This document shows positions 15,601 through 22,843 of a stretch of DNA of 24,000 nucleotides, in pieces. The DNA comes from Candidatus Uhrbacteria bacterium RIFOXYA2_FULL_40_9 (GTDB lineage Bacteria > Patescibacteriota > Patescibacteriia > UBA9934 > GWF2-40-263), in assembly GCA_001791615.1 (NCBI GenBank), contig MGEY01000052.1, positions 1 to 24,000 on the forward strand, in the 5' to 3' direction. Both the position numbers and the translations under genes were made by a program. Under the pieces are notes generated by a model. The model made no database searches. It was not told the origin of the DNA and saw only the letters and a program-made list of their open reading frames with translations. Within the stretch, counting starts at the first letter, position 1, and each line of letters begins with the position of its first letter.

Positions 15601-18600
15601 AGACTCTCCTGTGATAGAACAGGCATAGGTCTCATTTGCTTGTGCTTCACAAATCTCTGTTCCTCCACAATCTCCATCCCATTCACATGCAATAAAATCT
15701 CCGCTTGCATTATGAATATATCCATTAGTATTTGCGCACAAATTCACATCAGAAATGACATCAGTGTTTGCATTGAACTGCCAATTTCTCAAAATTCGAT
15801 CAAAAATCTCCAATGATTCTTCACCTGCATCTTCATTGTAGGAAATCACGTACATGTTTGGATAAATACTATTTCCACTCTGATTTGTTGCAAGGACATA
15901 TTGTGTGGTTCCTTCTTCTACGGCTTGATAACCATCTAACGTGGTTTGTGAAGGAGAACCAGAAAATCCCTGATCTTCATACCACTGTAAAGGAGAAGTA
16001 TAGTCATCATTTGTAACCACACGAACACCTAAAGCGTCACTGGTTCCTTGTACTTGGAAAAGAAGTTCCTGATAAATACTAGAAGAAATAGAATGCACTT
16101 CAATTGGCATACCTGTGCTATTTCCTAAAGCAGGAAGATCATCATCTGTTCCCTCATCCCCTTCATCACGACAATAAGAGAAAGAAAAATTTGTGGAAGA
16201 ATCAAGGTAGTGATAATTATTTCCAGAAATCCATGGATTTTCACAAAGCATAGCCCAGATAGGAAGTTCTCCTTGCACAGTTTCTCTTTGTACCGTACAG
16301 GCTTCTCCAGCGCCCGTATCACAATCATCAGAAGTCTCACAACTTATTCCGCTTGTTTCACAAAGATGCTCGGTGGAAAATTCATAGGTATCTATTGTCA
16401 CAGTGGCTTGGGCAAATACCGTTGCTCCTCCATCCTCGCCCTCAGCCGTTACAAAAGCATCGTGATCATCCAAAGCAAGTTCATCAGAACCAGATTCTGA
16501 AGCAGTGGTTGTTGTGACCACGGTTTCTTCAGTAGAACCCCATGTCCACTCCCAAGCATAATCCTCTGAAGACGTGATTTCTTCTTGTACCGCTCCATCA
16601 AGATGATAAGCGGTTGCCATAAAGTAGTGAACTTCTCCTATTTCAGTAAAAAATTCTTCACTGGCACTTTCGTACTCTGCATAGTCAGTGCGTCCAAAAT
16701 CAACAACAACAACTTGATCGAGTGAACAAATTTCATTACCCACTGTAAAAGAGGTCATGATTTCAGAAGGATTTACCAACCCCACTCCAAACGTATTTAA
16801 AACTCCTTCATCAATAGCATCAGTCAGATCACTATCTCCAAGAACAACAAGTCGATACGTGGCTCCTTCTTCTAAAATACCAGAATAACGAACAGAAACT
16901 CGAACTCCACCATCTGAGACATCACTTTTTTGATACGTTACAGGCACCGCACACACCGTTGTTTCTGCAGAAACTTCTCTTCCAAAAAAACTCAAAACCT
17001 GTTCACGAATCCAGTGCCAGGCACGTGCAAAAACTCCTTCTGGAGGTTGTACATACACGGTTGTTTCCCAACCAGTTGGACAAACCGTTCCAGTATATTC
17101 AAGGTAAATTTGTGGATCTGTTCCGTTTCCAGAAGGATCAAGAGAGTCTAAATCCACATCTTGGGAAAACTCTACCCAAAGCGCGGTATTTTGACAGACA
17201 TTTGTTGCACCACTTTCTGGATAAACACTTCCCGTTTCAGGACGCAAATAACAACATCCACCCGTGCCACAGCCATAACTCTCTTCAGGAGAACCACAAT
17301 CAGCATCTGTTTGACAAGAACACTCTACAGAAAGTAGACCTTCTGCTGTCACACGTTCTGCTTCTGTTTGAATGGTTGTAACCGCATAATGTGTAATTGG
17401 ATCAACTTCTTCTGCAACTGTTTCACTCACTTGCGCAACCGCAAAAGCACCGGAACTGATGGAACTCGTTGTTTCACATTCTTCATAAGTACTTTGAAGA
17501 CCATCTCCACAATAAGAAGGAATAAGACCATCAACAGAAGCCCCTTCATTTAAACAAATCGCTGAGCACCCATCTCCTGCCTCAACATCAAATAAATCAC
17601 AATCTTCTGCGTCATTTAAATCATCGCCGTTATAATCTGTTATACCATCTCCGCAACAAGGAGTGCTTATAGCTTGACAAGTATCAGTACTCTCACAATC
17701 TCCATCGCTAATACAATTCACGCCATAACTTGTGCCATCAAAACAAGCAAACACACAAGCACTTGCTCCCTCAAAAAGACAACGAGAAGAACATCCATCT
17801 CCAGAACTTGTATTTCCATCATCACAATCTTCTCCATTTCCAATATCTCCATCTCCGCAAGTTGCTTCAATATCTGTGATAGCTACTGCTCCCTCAAAAA
17901 GACAGCGAGAAGAACATCCATCTCCAGAACTTGTATTTCCATCATCACAATCTTCTCCTCCTGTTCCCCTATAGTAATCTACCCGCCCATCTCCACACGT
18001 TGTCGTTGAACCTTCATTTTGACAAGCTAAAGAACACCCATCACCACTAACACTATTTGAATCATCACATTCTTCTCCCACGCTCACAAATCCATCTCCA
18101 CAACATCCACCCGGAACAAGAGAACAAATATCTGTCTGTTCCACACAAACATCAGTGACTTCTGCGCAAACCTCTTCAGTTTCTGTGTCACAATCTGCAT
18201 CTGTCAAACAACTCAAACCACTTGTTTCACATGCATAAGTCGTACAACTTGCGTCTGTGGTACAAACCGCTCCACCTATTTGACAAAAGAATGTGCTACA
18301 AGAAGCATCTGTGGTACAGGTTGCTCCAGAATCTTCACAAGCAAAAGGACAAGCACTTGTTCCTTCCCAAAAACAAGCATCAGAACATCCGCCTTCTCCA
18401 TCACAATCTTCTGCTTCATGATATCCATCTCCATTATAATCAGTGATTCCGTCTCCACACACAGGATCTAAAAGAGAAACCGTTGCCCCAGTATTTAAAC
18501 AACTAGCAGAACACCAAGCAGGAAGATCTGTTGAAAGACTAATTGCTCCTGACTCAAGCATTTCTGCAACCGTGGGTTGTGTTGAAAGCCAAGGCTCCCA

Positions 18601-21600
18601 AGAATACGAAGAGGATTGCAAAACTTGTCCGGAGACTGCGCAATCATCTGGAGCTCCGTAAGGAACAGCTTCATACACTTGTCTTGCTCCGATCCTATCT
18701 AATGTCGCTTGTTCTGGATCAAGTTCAATACGATCAATTCCACAACTAATATCACTATTTTTTGTGGTAAAAATCCAAGAAAAATCAGTTGGATAATAGG
18801 CATTTTCTGAAAAAGGCCCACCATAATTTGATCCTGAATCCGCAAGTGCGACCCCTGAAGTTGAGAGAAGATTTCCAGAAAGCCAGACACGATAATGCGT
18901 ATTTGCTTCAAGAGAAGGACAGGCGCTTGTGCTTATGGTGACTTTCTGTGTTGTGGCCGTTCCCACAGAAGCACACGTTACTTCTGTAAGCTCACCTGGA
19001 GCACAAAGGGCATCTTCACATTGATAAAGCTTAACATTAGATGAGTTGAACAAACTGGTATCCATGAGCGCTTCAAATTCTGCATAAATACCTGCATTTA
19101 CACAGGCAGTTGAACAATTTGGAACATAATCACCCACTTCTGGATCAGAAAAATCAATAATCAGGTCTGCATCCCCCACAGGTTGAGTACTTGCACTCGT
19201 AACCTGAGATTCAATAAGAGCTGGGATACCCGGAGATGTTTCATCCAAAGCAGTTACTATTTTTTGACAAGACCCTGTAACCGCGGAAGGCTCACTCACT
19301 TTTGCAGATGAATCACTTGATGACCAATAAAGTGTTTCTCCTGTGCAAGGACTAAGAACACATTCATCAGCATCAGAAACAAGGGAAGCGAGATACCCGA
19401 CAGATTCATTAAGTGTTCTCGCTGTATAAGGATCAGGGCTTACATACACATCACCAACTTCACAAGAGGCATCTGTTGGAGCTGTGGTAAATGACCAAGT
19501 AAAATCTTCTTCTAAATAGCCCTCACCCGCGGAAGCATCTGCTTGAATACGTCCTGCTTCATCCCCTCCAAGCAACGTTACTTGATAGGTGGTGGATGTT
19601 TCAAAATCTTCTGCATGAGATGCCGTAAAACCTCTTGTTCCTACATTAAAACTCCACACAAACGGTACTTCTTCTAATGTGTCACACACATCTGTACAGG
19701 TAAAAGTTCTTCCACTTGCGGTCACACAGGTTCCTCCGACAATTGCGGAACATTTTTCTAAAACCAGATTTGAACTCGTGAGGCTTGAGCCCTTCATATC
19801 CATATCAAACGTCGCTCCGATATCCGCATTTACGCAAACAGACTCTGCGGGACTCCATCCTTCCCAAGGAGAAGGAGAAGCAATTCCTTCTGTTGAACTA
19901 CAAGCAACTCTCACCCTTGGGGTGTTTGCAATCGTTCTTGTTGTAAATTTATACGCATAATGCGAATCAATCACAGTCTCAGGACATCCTCCGGTTGTAA
20001 AACTCGCACATGTTCCATCAGAACAACACTCTTCTTGAAGTGAACAAATGCTGGAATCTTCCACACAATTACCCACTTGAAAATTCAATGGATTAGATCG
20101 ATATCCTTCAGCTGATGTCACTGTAACAGGACCTGTTTGGGCATTATCTGGAACTTCTGTTTCAAGCACAGATCCATCATCCCAAGAAGTGTAAAGAGAA
20201 GAATCAATAGTTTGATTTAAATAATACGTCACACTTCCATCCGTTGTTTGAAAATTTTCTCCATAAATATCCACCAGGCTTCCCACAGGACCAGAATCTG
20301 GATCAAGTAAACAAATGGATGGACCTGGTTCACCAGCAATCACCTCAAAAGCAACAGATTCAGAAGTTTGTCCATCTGTGCCACGATAAATATGAATAGT
20401 GTGTGAACCTGTTTCAAGAATATCTTCTGTTGCTGTTGAATATTGCTCAGGCACTTTGATCAAAATACTTGTGTCTGTCCAATATTCGCTTCCGCAAGCT
20501 ACTGGAAAAACACTATCTCCAATGGCAGTGACTCCATCAAGGCTACTGCCAGTATTGTTTGTAAAATAGACGAGTCCATCAGCATGTCCAAACTCGGTTC
20601 CATAAATGGTGACATATTGCCCAAGAGGGCCCCAGTTTGGCGCGTCTTCACATGTTCCAGTTCCACAATCTTCATCTTCGGTACAAACCATTCCATCATG
20701 TTCTCCTTCGAAGCACGCTTGCCAACCTGTTTCTACATAGGAAATAACCGGAGGAGCATCACTAGATGTTGTAGAAACAGTAAAATCAATCTCATTTGAT
20801 CCTTGTCGAATAGATTCACATGTTCCTTCACCAGTCCCACAATCTTCATCTTCACTACAAGCTTCTAAAGTTTCACTACACCATGCTGTCACACAAGATT
20901 CACTCAGAGATTCCCCACAATCCACATCCTCTGAACAAACATCTCCTGAAGTTTCACAAAAATAATCTCCGGCAAATACTTGAACATCATAAGCTCCATC
21001 ATCAAGCAATGGAGTCACAGCAGAAATTTCTGAAGTCTCCCAATGTAAATAGGAAGTGGGTTCATAATAATCAAAATAAAGGGCTGAACTTCCTTGAAGT
21101 GCGCCAAGATTATCTCCTAAAATTGTCACATCATCATTTCCTTCCCCTGTAGAAGGGGTGATGGAACAAAGTCCTGGCCGTTCAATCGCATTGACATCAA
21201 AATCTGTAATATATGGACCATAATCATCATCCGTACGGTCGTAATCTCCTTCTGATTCATCACTGCTCACAACTGTCACTTGGATTGGTCCGTCGATTGC
21301 TCCTTCTGGAACTTGCACAATGATCTGATCTGCTTGCCAAGCAAGAGTTCCTCCACAGCTATAAGCACTTACTTCAACTTCATCTCCGCTTTCTGTTCCA
21401 AGAAAGGTAATACTTCCAGGATCTGTGCCAAACCCTTCTCCAGAAATGGTAATTAAATTACCAGGAGCTCCATTTCCTGCACGCACACGAGAAATTTTTG
21501 GAACAGTGACGCAAATCCCCTCTTCACAAGTTCCACTAGCACATTGAGAATCTTCAGTGCATGCATCCCCGCCACATGCTCCACAATAATATTCACTACT

Positions 21601-22812
21601 TATATCTCCTCCACAGTTCAGACCGGTTTCTCCCAAATCAGTATCAATTACATCATTGGCACAATTTGCTGCTCGAAGAGTAATAGTGATGCGATCAGAA
21701 GTATCACTGTTCCCTGCACAATCTGATCCAACTGCATAAATCGCATAGGTTTCATTTGTGAGATATCCTTCTGTATTCCACTCTCTTGAAGTATCTGAAT
21801 TGAAATAGTTTAACGCAGAAAGAACCCCATACACACTCAGATCTAATCCTGCGGTTTCTACTTCCTCAGAATCAACATAAAAATTAACAGAAGAAACACC
21901 CACATCGTCAACGGCTTCTGTTTGTAAAAGTTCATTCTCTCCTGTGGCATACACATTTCCTTCATCTTCTGGAGCTTCCATGGTCATGGTCGGCCCGCTG
22001 ACATCAATCGCGGCATCTGCTCCAATCGTAAAAGAATAAGAACAAGGATAGGAAGAACTACAAGAGAGACTTCTTCCACTGGTACTGCGCAAAATAGTCG
22101 GACTTACCGTAGCAATATAAGAAGTACTGGAAGAAAAACAATGTTCTGTTTCAAAACCTGTTTCTGAACAAAATGCATCTGGCGTAAATGTTACGGTATA
22201 ACCTGAGGTCGTAAATGTTCCTTCAACCTCTTCTCCTCCATCCACTTCAATGCTGATCGCGCTTTCCACGGTTGAGGAAGACACTCTTTGAGAAAAAACA
22301 AATTGTAATTGCAAATTCTTCACTGACTCTGCGCAATCTGTATTCAAAGACGCAAGATAAAAGGTTGAAGAAGTACTTGGATTTGGATCTTCTGAATAAT
22401 CCGTTGGATCTTCTGTGATAATTCTTCCTGTTGCTTCTTCAAGGGAACGAAGAACAAATTGGGTGATGGTGAACGCAGAAAGAACAATAACCAAACCGAT
22501 CAAGGCATTGATGATCATTCCTCTTGCTTTGGTCACACGTTCTTTGTCTCCTCCTGCTGTCATCCAAAGAAATCCGGCATACACCACAAACACCACAGCA
22601 ACTATTCCAAGCAAAGAAATAGCAGTTCTAATGAGACGGGCAATAATGACCGTAATATCCACACTTGTGGTAAATCCGGCAATTTCTCCAAAGGTCTCCA
22701 TTTGTGATTGCATTTCTGTTTGCGCGAATGTTGGCAAAGCAACACAGAAGCCTGTGATCAAAAGCATGCCAAAAAGGATGCTTGCTAATTTTTTAGATCG
22801 TAAACGGCACAT
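12610..22812 (-). CDS. Giant (3400 aa) pilin-anchored, cysteine-rich, multi-domain surface protein with C-terminal vWA domain
   Basis: A single uninterrupted 10.2-kb reading frame with ATG at 22812. Recognisable motifs run end to end, which argues against a chance ORF. See the domain-level entries below. Confidence 0.9.
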   Translation of the reverse strand: MCRLRSKKLASILFGMLLITGFCVALPTFAQTEMQSQMETFGEIAGFTTSVDITVIIARLIRTAISLLGIVAVVFVVYAGFLWMTAGGDKERVTKARGMIINALIGLVIVLSAFTITQFVLRSLEEATGRIITEDPTDYSEDPNPSTSSTFYLASLNTDCAESVKNLQLQFVFSQRVSSSTVESAISIEVDGGEEVEGTFTTSGYTVTFTPDAFCSETGFETEHCFSSSTSYIATVSPTILRSTSGRSLSCSSSYPCSYSFTIGADAAIDVSGPTMTMEAPEDEGNVYATGENELLQTEAVDDVGVSSVNFYVDSEEVETAGLDLSVYGVLSALNYFNSDTSREWNTEGYLTNETYAIYAVGSDCAGNSDTSDRITITLRAANCANDVIDTDLGETGLNCGGDISSEYYCGACGGDACTEDSQCASGTCEEGICVTVPKISRVRAGNGAPGNLITISGEGFGTDPGSITFLGTESGDEVEVSAYSCGGTLAWQADQIIVQVPEGAIDGPIQVTVVSSDESEGDYDRTDDDYGPYITDFDVNAIERPGLCSITPSTGEGNDDVTILGDNLGALQGSSALYFDYYEPTSYLHWETSEISAVTPLLDDGAYDVQVFAGDYFCETSGDVCSEDVDCGESLSESCVTAWCSETLEACSEDEDCGTGEGTCESIRQGSNEIDFTVSTTSSDAPPVISYVETGWQACFEGEHDGMVCTEDEDCGTGTCEDAPNWGPLGQYVTIYGTEFGHADGLVYFTNNTGSSLDGVTAIGDSVFPVACGSEYWTDTSILIKVPEQYSTATEDILETGSHTIHIYRGTDGQTSESVAFEVIAGEPGPSICLLDPDSGPVGSLVDIYGENFQTTDGSVTYYLNQTIDSSLYTSWDDGSVLETEVPDNAQTGPVTVTSAEGYRSNPLNFQVGNCVEDSSICSLQEECCSDGTCASFTTGGCPETVIDSHYAYKFTTRTIANTPRVRVACSSTEGIASPSPWEGWSPAESVCVNADIGATFDMDMKGSSLTSSNLVLEKCSAIVGGTCVTASGRTFTCTDVCDTLEEVPFVWSFNVGTRGFTASHAEDFETSTTYQVTLLGGDEAGRIQADASAGEGYLEEDFTWSFTTAPTDASCEVGDVYVSPDPYTARTLNESVGYLASLVSDADECVLSPCTGETLYWSSSDSSAKVSEPSAVTGSCQKIVTALDETSPGIPALIESQVTSASTQPVGDADLIIDFSDPEVGDYVPNCSTACVNAGIYAEFEALMDTSLFNSSNVKLYQCEDALCAPGELTEVTCASVGTATTQKVTISTSACPSLEANTHYRVWLSGNLLSTSGVALADSGSNYGGPFSENAYYPTDFSWIFTTKNSDISCGIDRIELDPEQATLDRIGARQVYEAVPYGAPDDCAVSGQVLQSSSYSWEPWLSTQPTVAEMLESGAISLSTDLPAWCSASCLNTGATVSLLDPVCGDGITDYNGDGYHEAEDCDGEGGCSDACFWEGTSACPFACEDSGATCTTDASCSTFFCQIGGAVCTTDASCTTYACETSGLSCLTDADCDTETEEVCAEVTDVCVEQTDICSLVPGGCCGDGFVSVGEECDDSNSVSGDGCSLACQNEGSTTTCGDGRVDYYRGTGGEDCDDGNTSSGDGCSSRCLFEGAVAITDIEATCGDGDIGNGEDCDDGNTSSGDGCSSRCLFEGASACVFACFDGTSYGVNCISDGDCESTDTCQAISTPCCGDGITDYNGDDLNDAEDCDLFDVEAGDGCSAICLNEGASVDGLIPSYCGDGLQSTYEECETTSSISSGAFAVAQVSETVAEEVDPITHYAVTTIQTEAERVTAEGLLSVECSCQTDADCGSPEESYGCGTGGCCYLRPETGSVYPESGATNVCQNTALWVEFSQDVDLDSLDPSGNGTDPQIYLEYTGTVCPTGWETTVYVQPPEGVFARAWHWIREQVLSFFGREVSAETTVCAVPVTYQKSDVSDGGVRVSVRYSGILEEGATYRLVVLGDSDLTDAIDEGVLNTFGVGLVNPSEIMTSFTVGNEICSLDQVVVVDFGRTDYAEYESASEEFFTEIGEVHYFMATAYHLDGAVQEEITSSEDYAWEWTWGSTEETVVTTTTASESGSDELALDDHDAFVTAEGEDGGATVFAQATVTIDTYEFSTEHLCETSGISCETSDDCDTGAGEACTVQRETVQGELPIWAMLCENPWISGNNYHYLDSSTNFSFSYCRDEGDEGTDDDLPALGNSTGMPIEVHSISSSIYQELLFQVQGTSDALGVRVVTNDDYTSPLQWYEDQGFSGSPSQTTLDGYQAVEEGTTQYVLATNQSGNSIYPNMYVISYNEDAGEESLEIFDRILRNWQFNANTDVISDVNLCANTNGYIHNASGDFIACEWDGDCGGTEICEAQANETYACSITGESCTGVTDNSCPLGTARTSYCDAEKAKLQRDTKRLSDAVDILDIINTHGETYAHCSVTTDTSCTQDDDCLGTETCVPDVPLISAGSYIPSMTISNWPSWNAVLSNELQETLPVDPLNAFYQCTDDGYDSDSCWNGTQGLFKCPSGSHVYGYRGIGGEEFILSLELEYNGGAWAYPIDTDSTDSATLSVEYSGGYTTIPLQIGFISTEMYCSGTTVGNTGLCGDGILNPSIETCELGDTDTASCTTLADDGVTVVSGLITIRCDDDCLGYQTALEAETAGTECIAYSCGNGTVEGTEICDDGVLNGTYGYCDDNCTYTTSFYCGDGYLAGGEQCDCGTTANWSTVKADTSSWAYTHCDITSTRGSNGQYVSTYAQSCAFDCSTPGPTCGDQILNGTEVCDGEYEEWEGALCADGNTCTTSADCEDGSTCGGTYVACGTIDGYQAYRYRTCSSGCVWNTWSACVIGDQQCGNGVLEGDEICDDGNTSNNDACLNTCEWNVCGDDYVYTGVESCDQGSENGDLCTASYGGMCQYCTVTCEYKTSSGAYCGDGTINGGEYCDGTVLPYRYFDADTRAVSNTCASSAVGTTSGIYTCLNVGVCNGGEDNGDYCTIGATGADAQSCATGGTCVQPVCASDCASSCPFSYETVSLQVQSELSGASKQQYIDLYRYLSGESPDNGVIYLPACSVGVSLTADIEADDVVPNDIDIVFVTDLSDSMYVNPEGTRIPFGADGFIEIESTRIYPVVEATSASIAELFDAASALGVTLHIGLVSFNGTAVTIDQTFSTSESSLVSTIEGYLTRLDTGTPTASGLQEAIDLFVSSSTAPTKIIVLLSDGAPTVYLDGLPCGTDKSGCIQEIREELIGANPSIQFYSAVIATSSSVEGYMAHCSSEECGTDWSDASDCHATQYAYQASDAEGITTMYEAIADAIVGATMTLTTESGSTTITTTGVISEGNDRSLPFPEAFICESSEFTIPLRVEFNGEGTMRFEDFQFEYCPL
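12815..13500 (-). other. Giant protein C-terminal von Willebrand factor A domain with intact MIDAS
   Basis: DIVFVTDLSDSM (DxSxS), LDTGTPTASGLQEAIDLF (MIDAS Thr) and KIIVLLSDGAPT (MIDAS Asp). This is followed by an about 65-aa beta-like tail ending FEYCPL. Confidence 0.8.
13690..14950 (-). other. Giant protein cysteine-rich repeat block II
   Basis: CGDGILNPSIETCE, CGNGTVEGTEICDDGVLNGTYGYCDDNC, CGDGYLAGGEQCDCG, CGDQILNGTEVCDG, CGNGVLEGDEICDDGNTSNNDACLNTC, CGDDYVYTGVESCDQGSENGDLC and CGDGTINGGEYCDG, followed by a Cys-dense linker down to CASDCASSCPF. Confidence 0.7.
17480..18459 (-). other. Giant protein aa about 1452-1777: cysteine-rich repeat block I (CGDG-x-CDDGN-x-GDGCS-x-C, DUF4215/Myxococcus Cys-rich-repeat-like)
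   Basis: CGDGITDYNGDGYHEAEDCDGEGGCSDAC, CCGDGFVSVGEECDDSNSVSGDGCSLAC, CGDGRVDYYRGTGGEDCDDGNTSSGDGCSSRC, CGDGDIGNGEDCDDGNTSSGDGCSSRC, CCGDGITDYNGDDLNDAEDCDLFDVEAGDGCSAIC, CGDGLQSTYEECE, plus C-x-TDA-x-C mini-repeats. Confidence 0.7.
17764..17958 (-). repeat. Two 72-nt direct repeat copies (17764-17835 and 17887-17958), 71/72 identical, period 123 nt, inside the giant ORF
   Basis: Both copies read tgctccctcaaaaagaca[a/g]cgagaagaacatccatctccagaacttgtatttccatcatcacaatcttctcc. They encode the identical peptide EDCDDGNTSSGDGCSSRCLFEGA twice. Other repeat units of the same family are diverged at the DNA level. Confidence 0.9.
20071..21501 (-). other. Giant protein aa about 438-914: four IPT/TIG-like beta-sandwich modules separated by short Cys-rich inserts
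   Basis: PKISRVRAGNGAPGNLITISGEGFG...IIVQVPEGAIDGPIQVTV; PGLCSITPSTGEGNDDVTILGDNLG...; GQYVTIYGTEFG...ILIKVPE...; PSICLLDPDSGPVGSLVDIYGENF...ETEVPDNAQTGPVTVT. Confidence 0.7.
22438..22812 (-). other. Giant protein aa 1-125: signal peptide plus two-helix TrbC/VirB2-type (T4SS_pilin, PF18895-like) membrane hairpin
   Basis: The signal peptide MCRLRSKKLASILFGMLLITGFCVALPTFA|Q is followed by ARLIRTAISLLGIVAVVFVVYAGFLWMTAGGDKERVTKARGMIINALIGLVIVLSAFTITQFVL. The pattern is hydrophobic helix, GG-D/N-x-E-x3-K-A, hydrophobic helix, as I recall it for CPR and Gram-positive conjugative-type pilins. Confidence 0.65.
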
Positions 22813-22843
22813 GCATTTAGTCTTAAAATTTCAAAAGAAAAAT

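Noticed and set aside
17764-17958. Could the 72-nt repeats be CRISPR repeats or a DGR template/variable repeat pair?
   Set aside because: There are only two copies, both in frame within a coding repeat array. They show no spacer-like architecture and no cas genes. The single difference is not the adenine-specific multi-site pattern of a DGR, and no reverse transcriptase is in the window.
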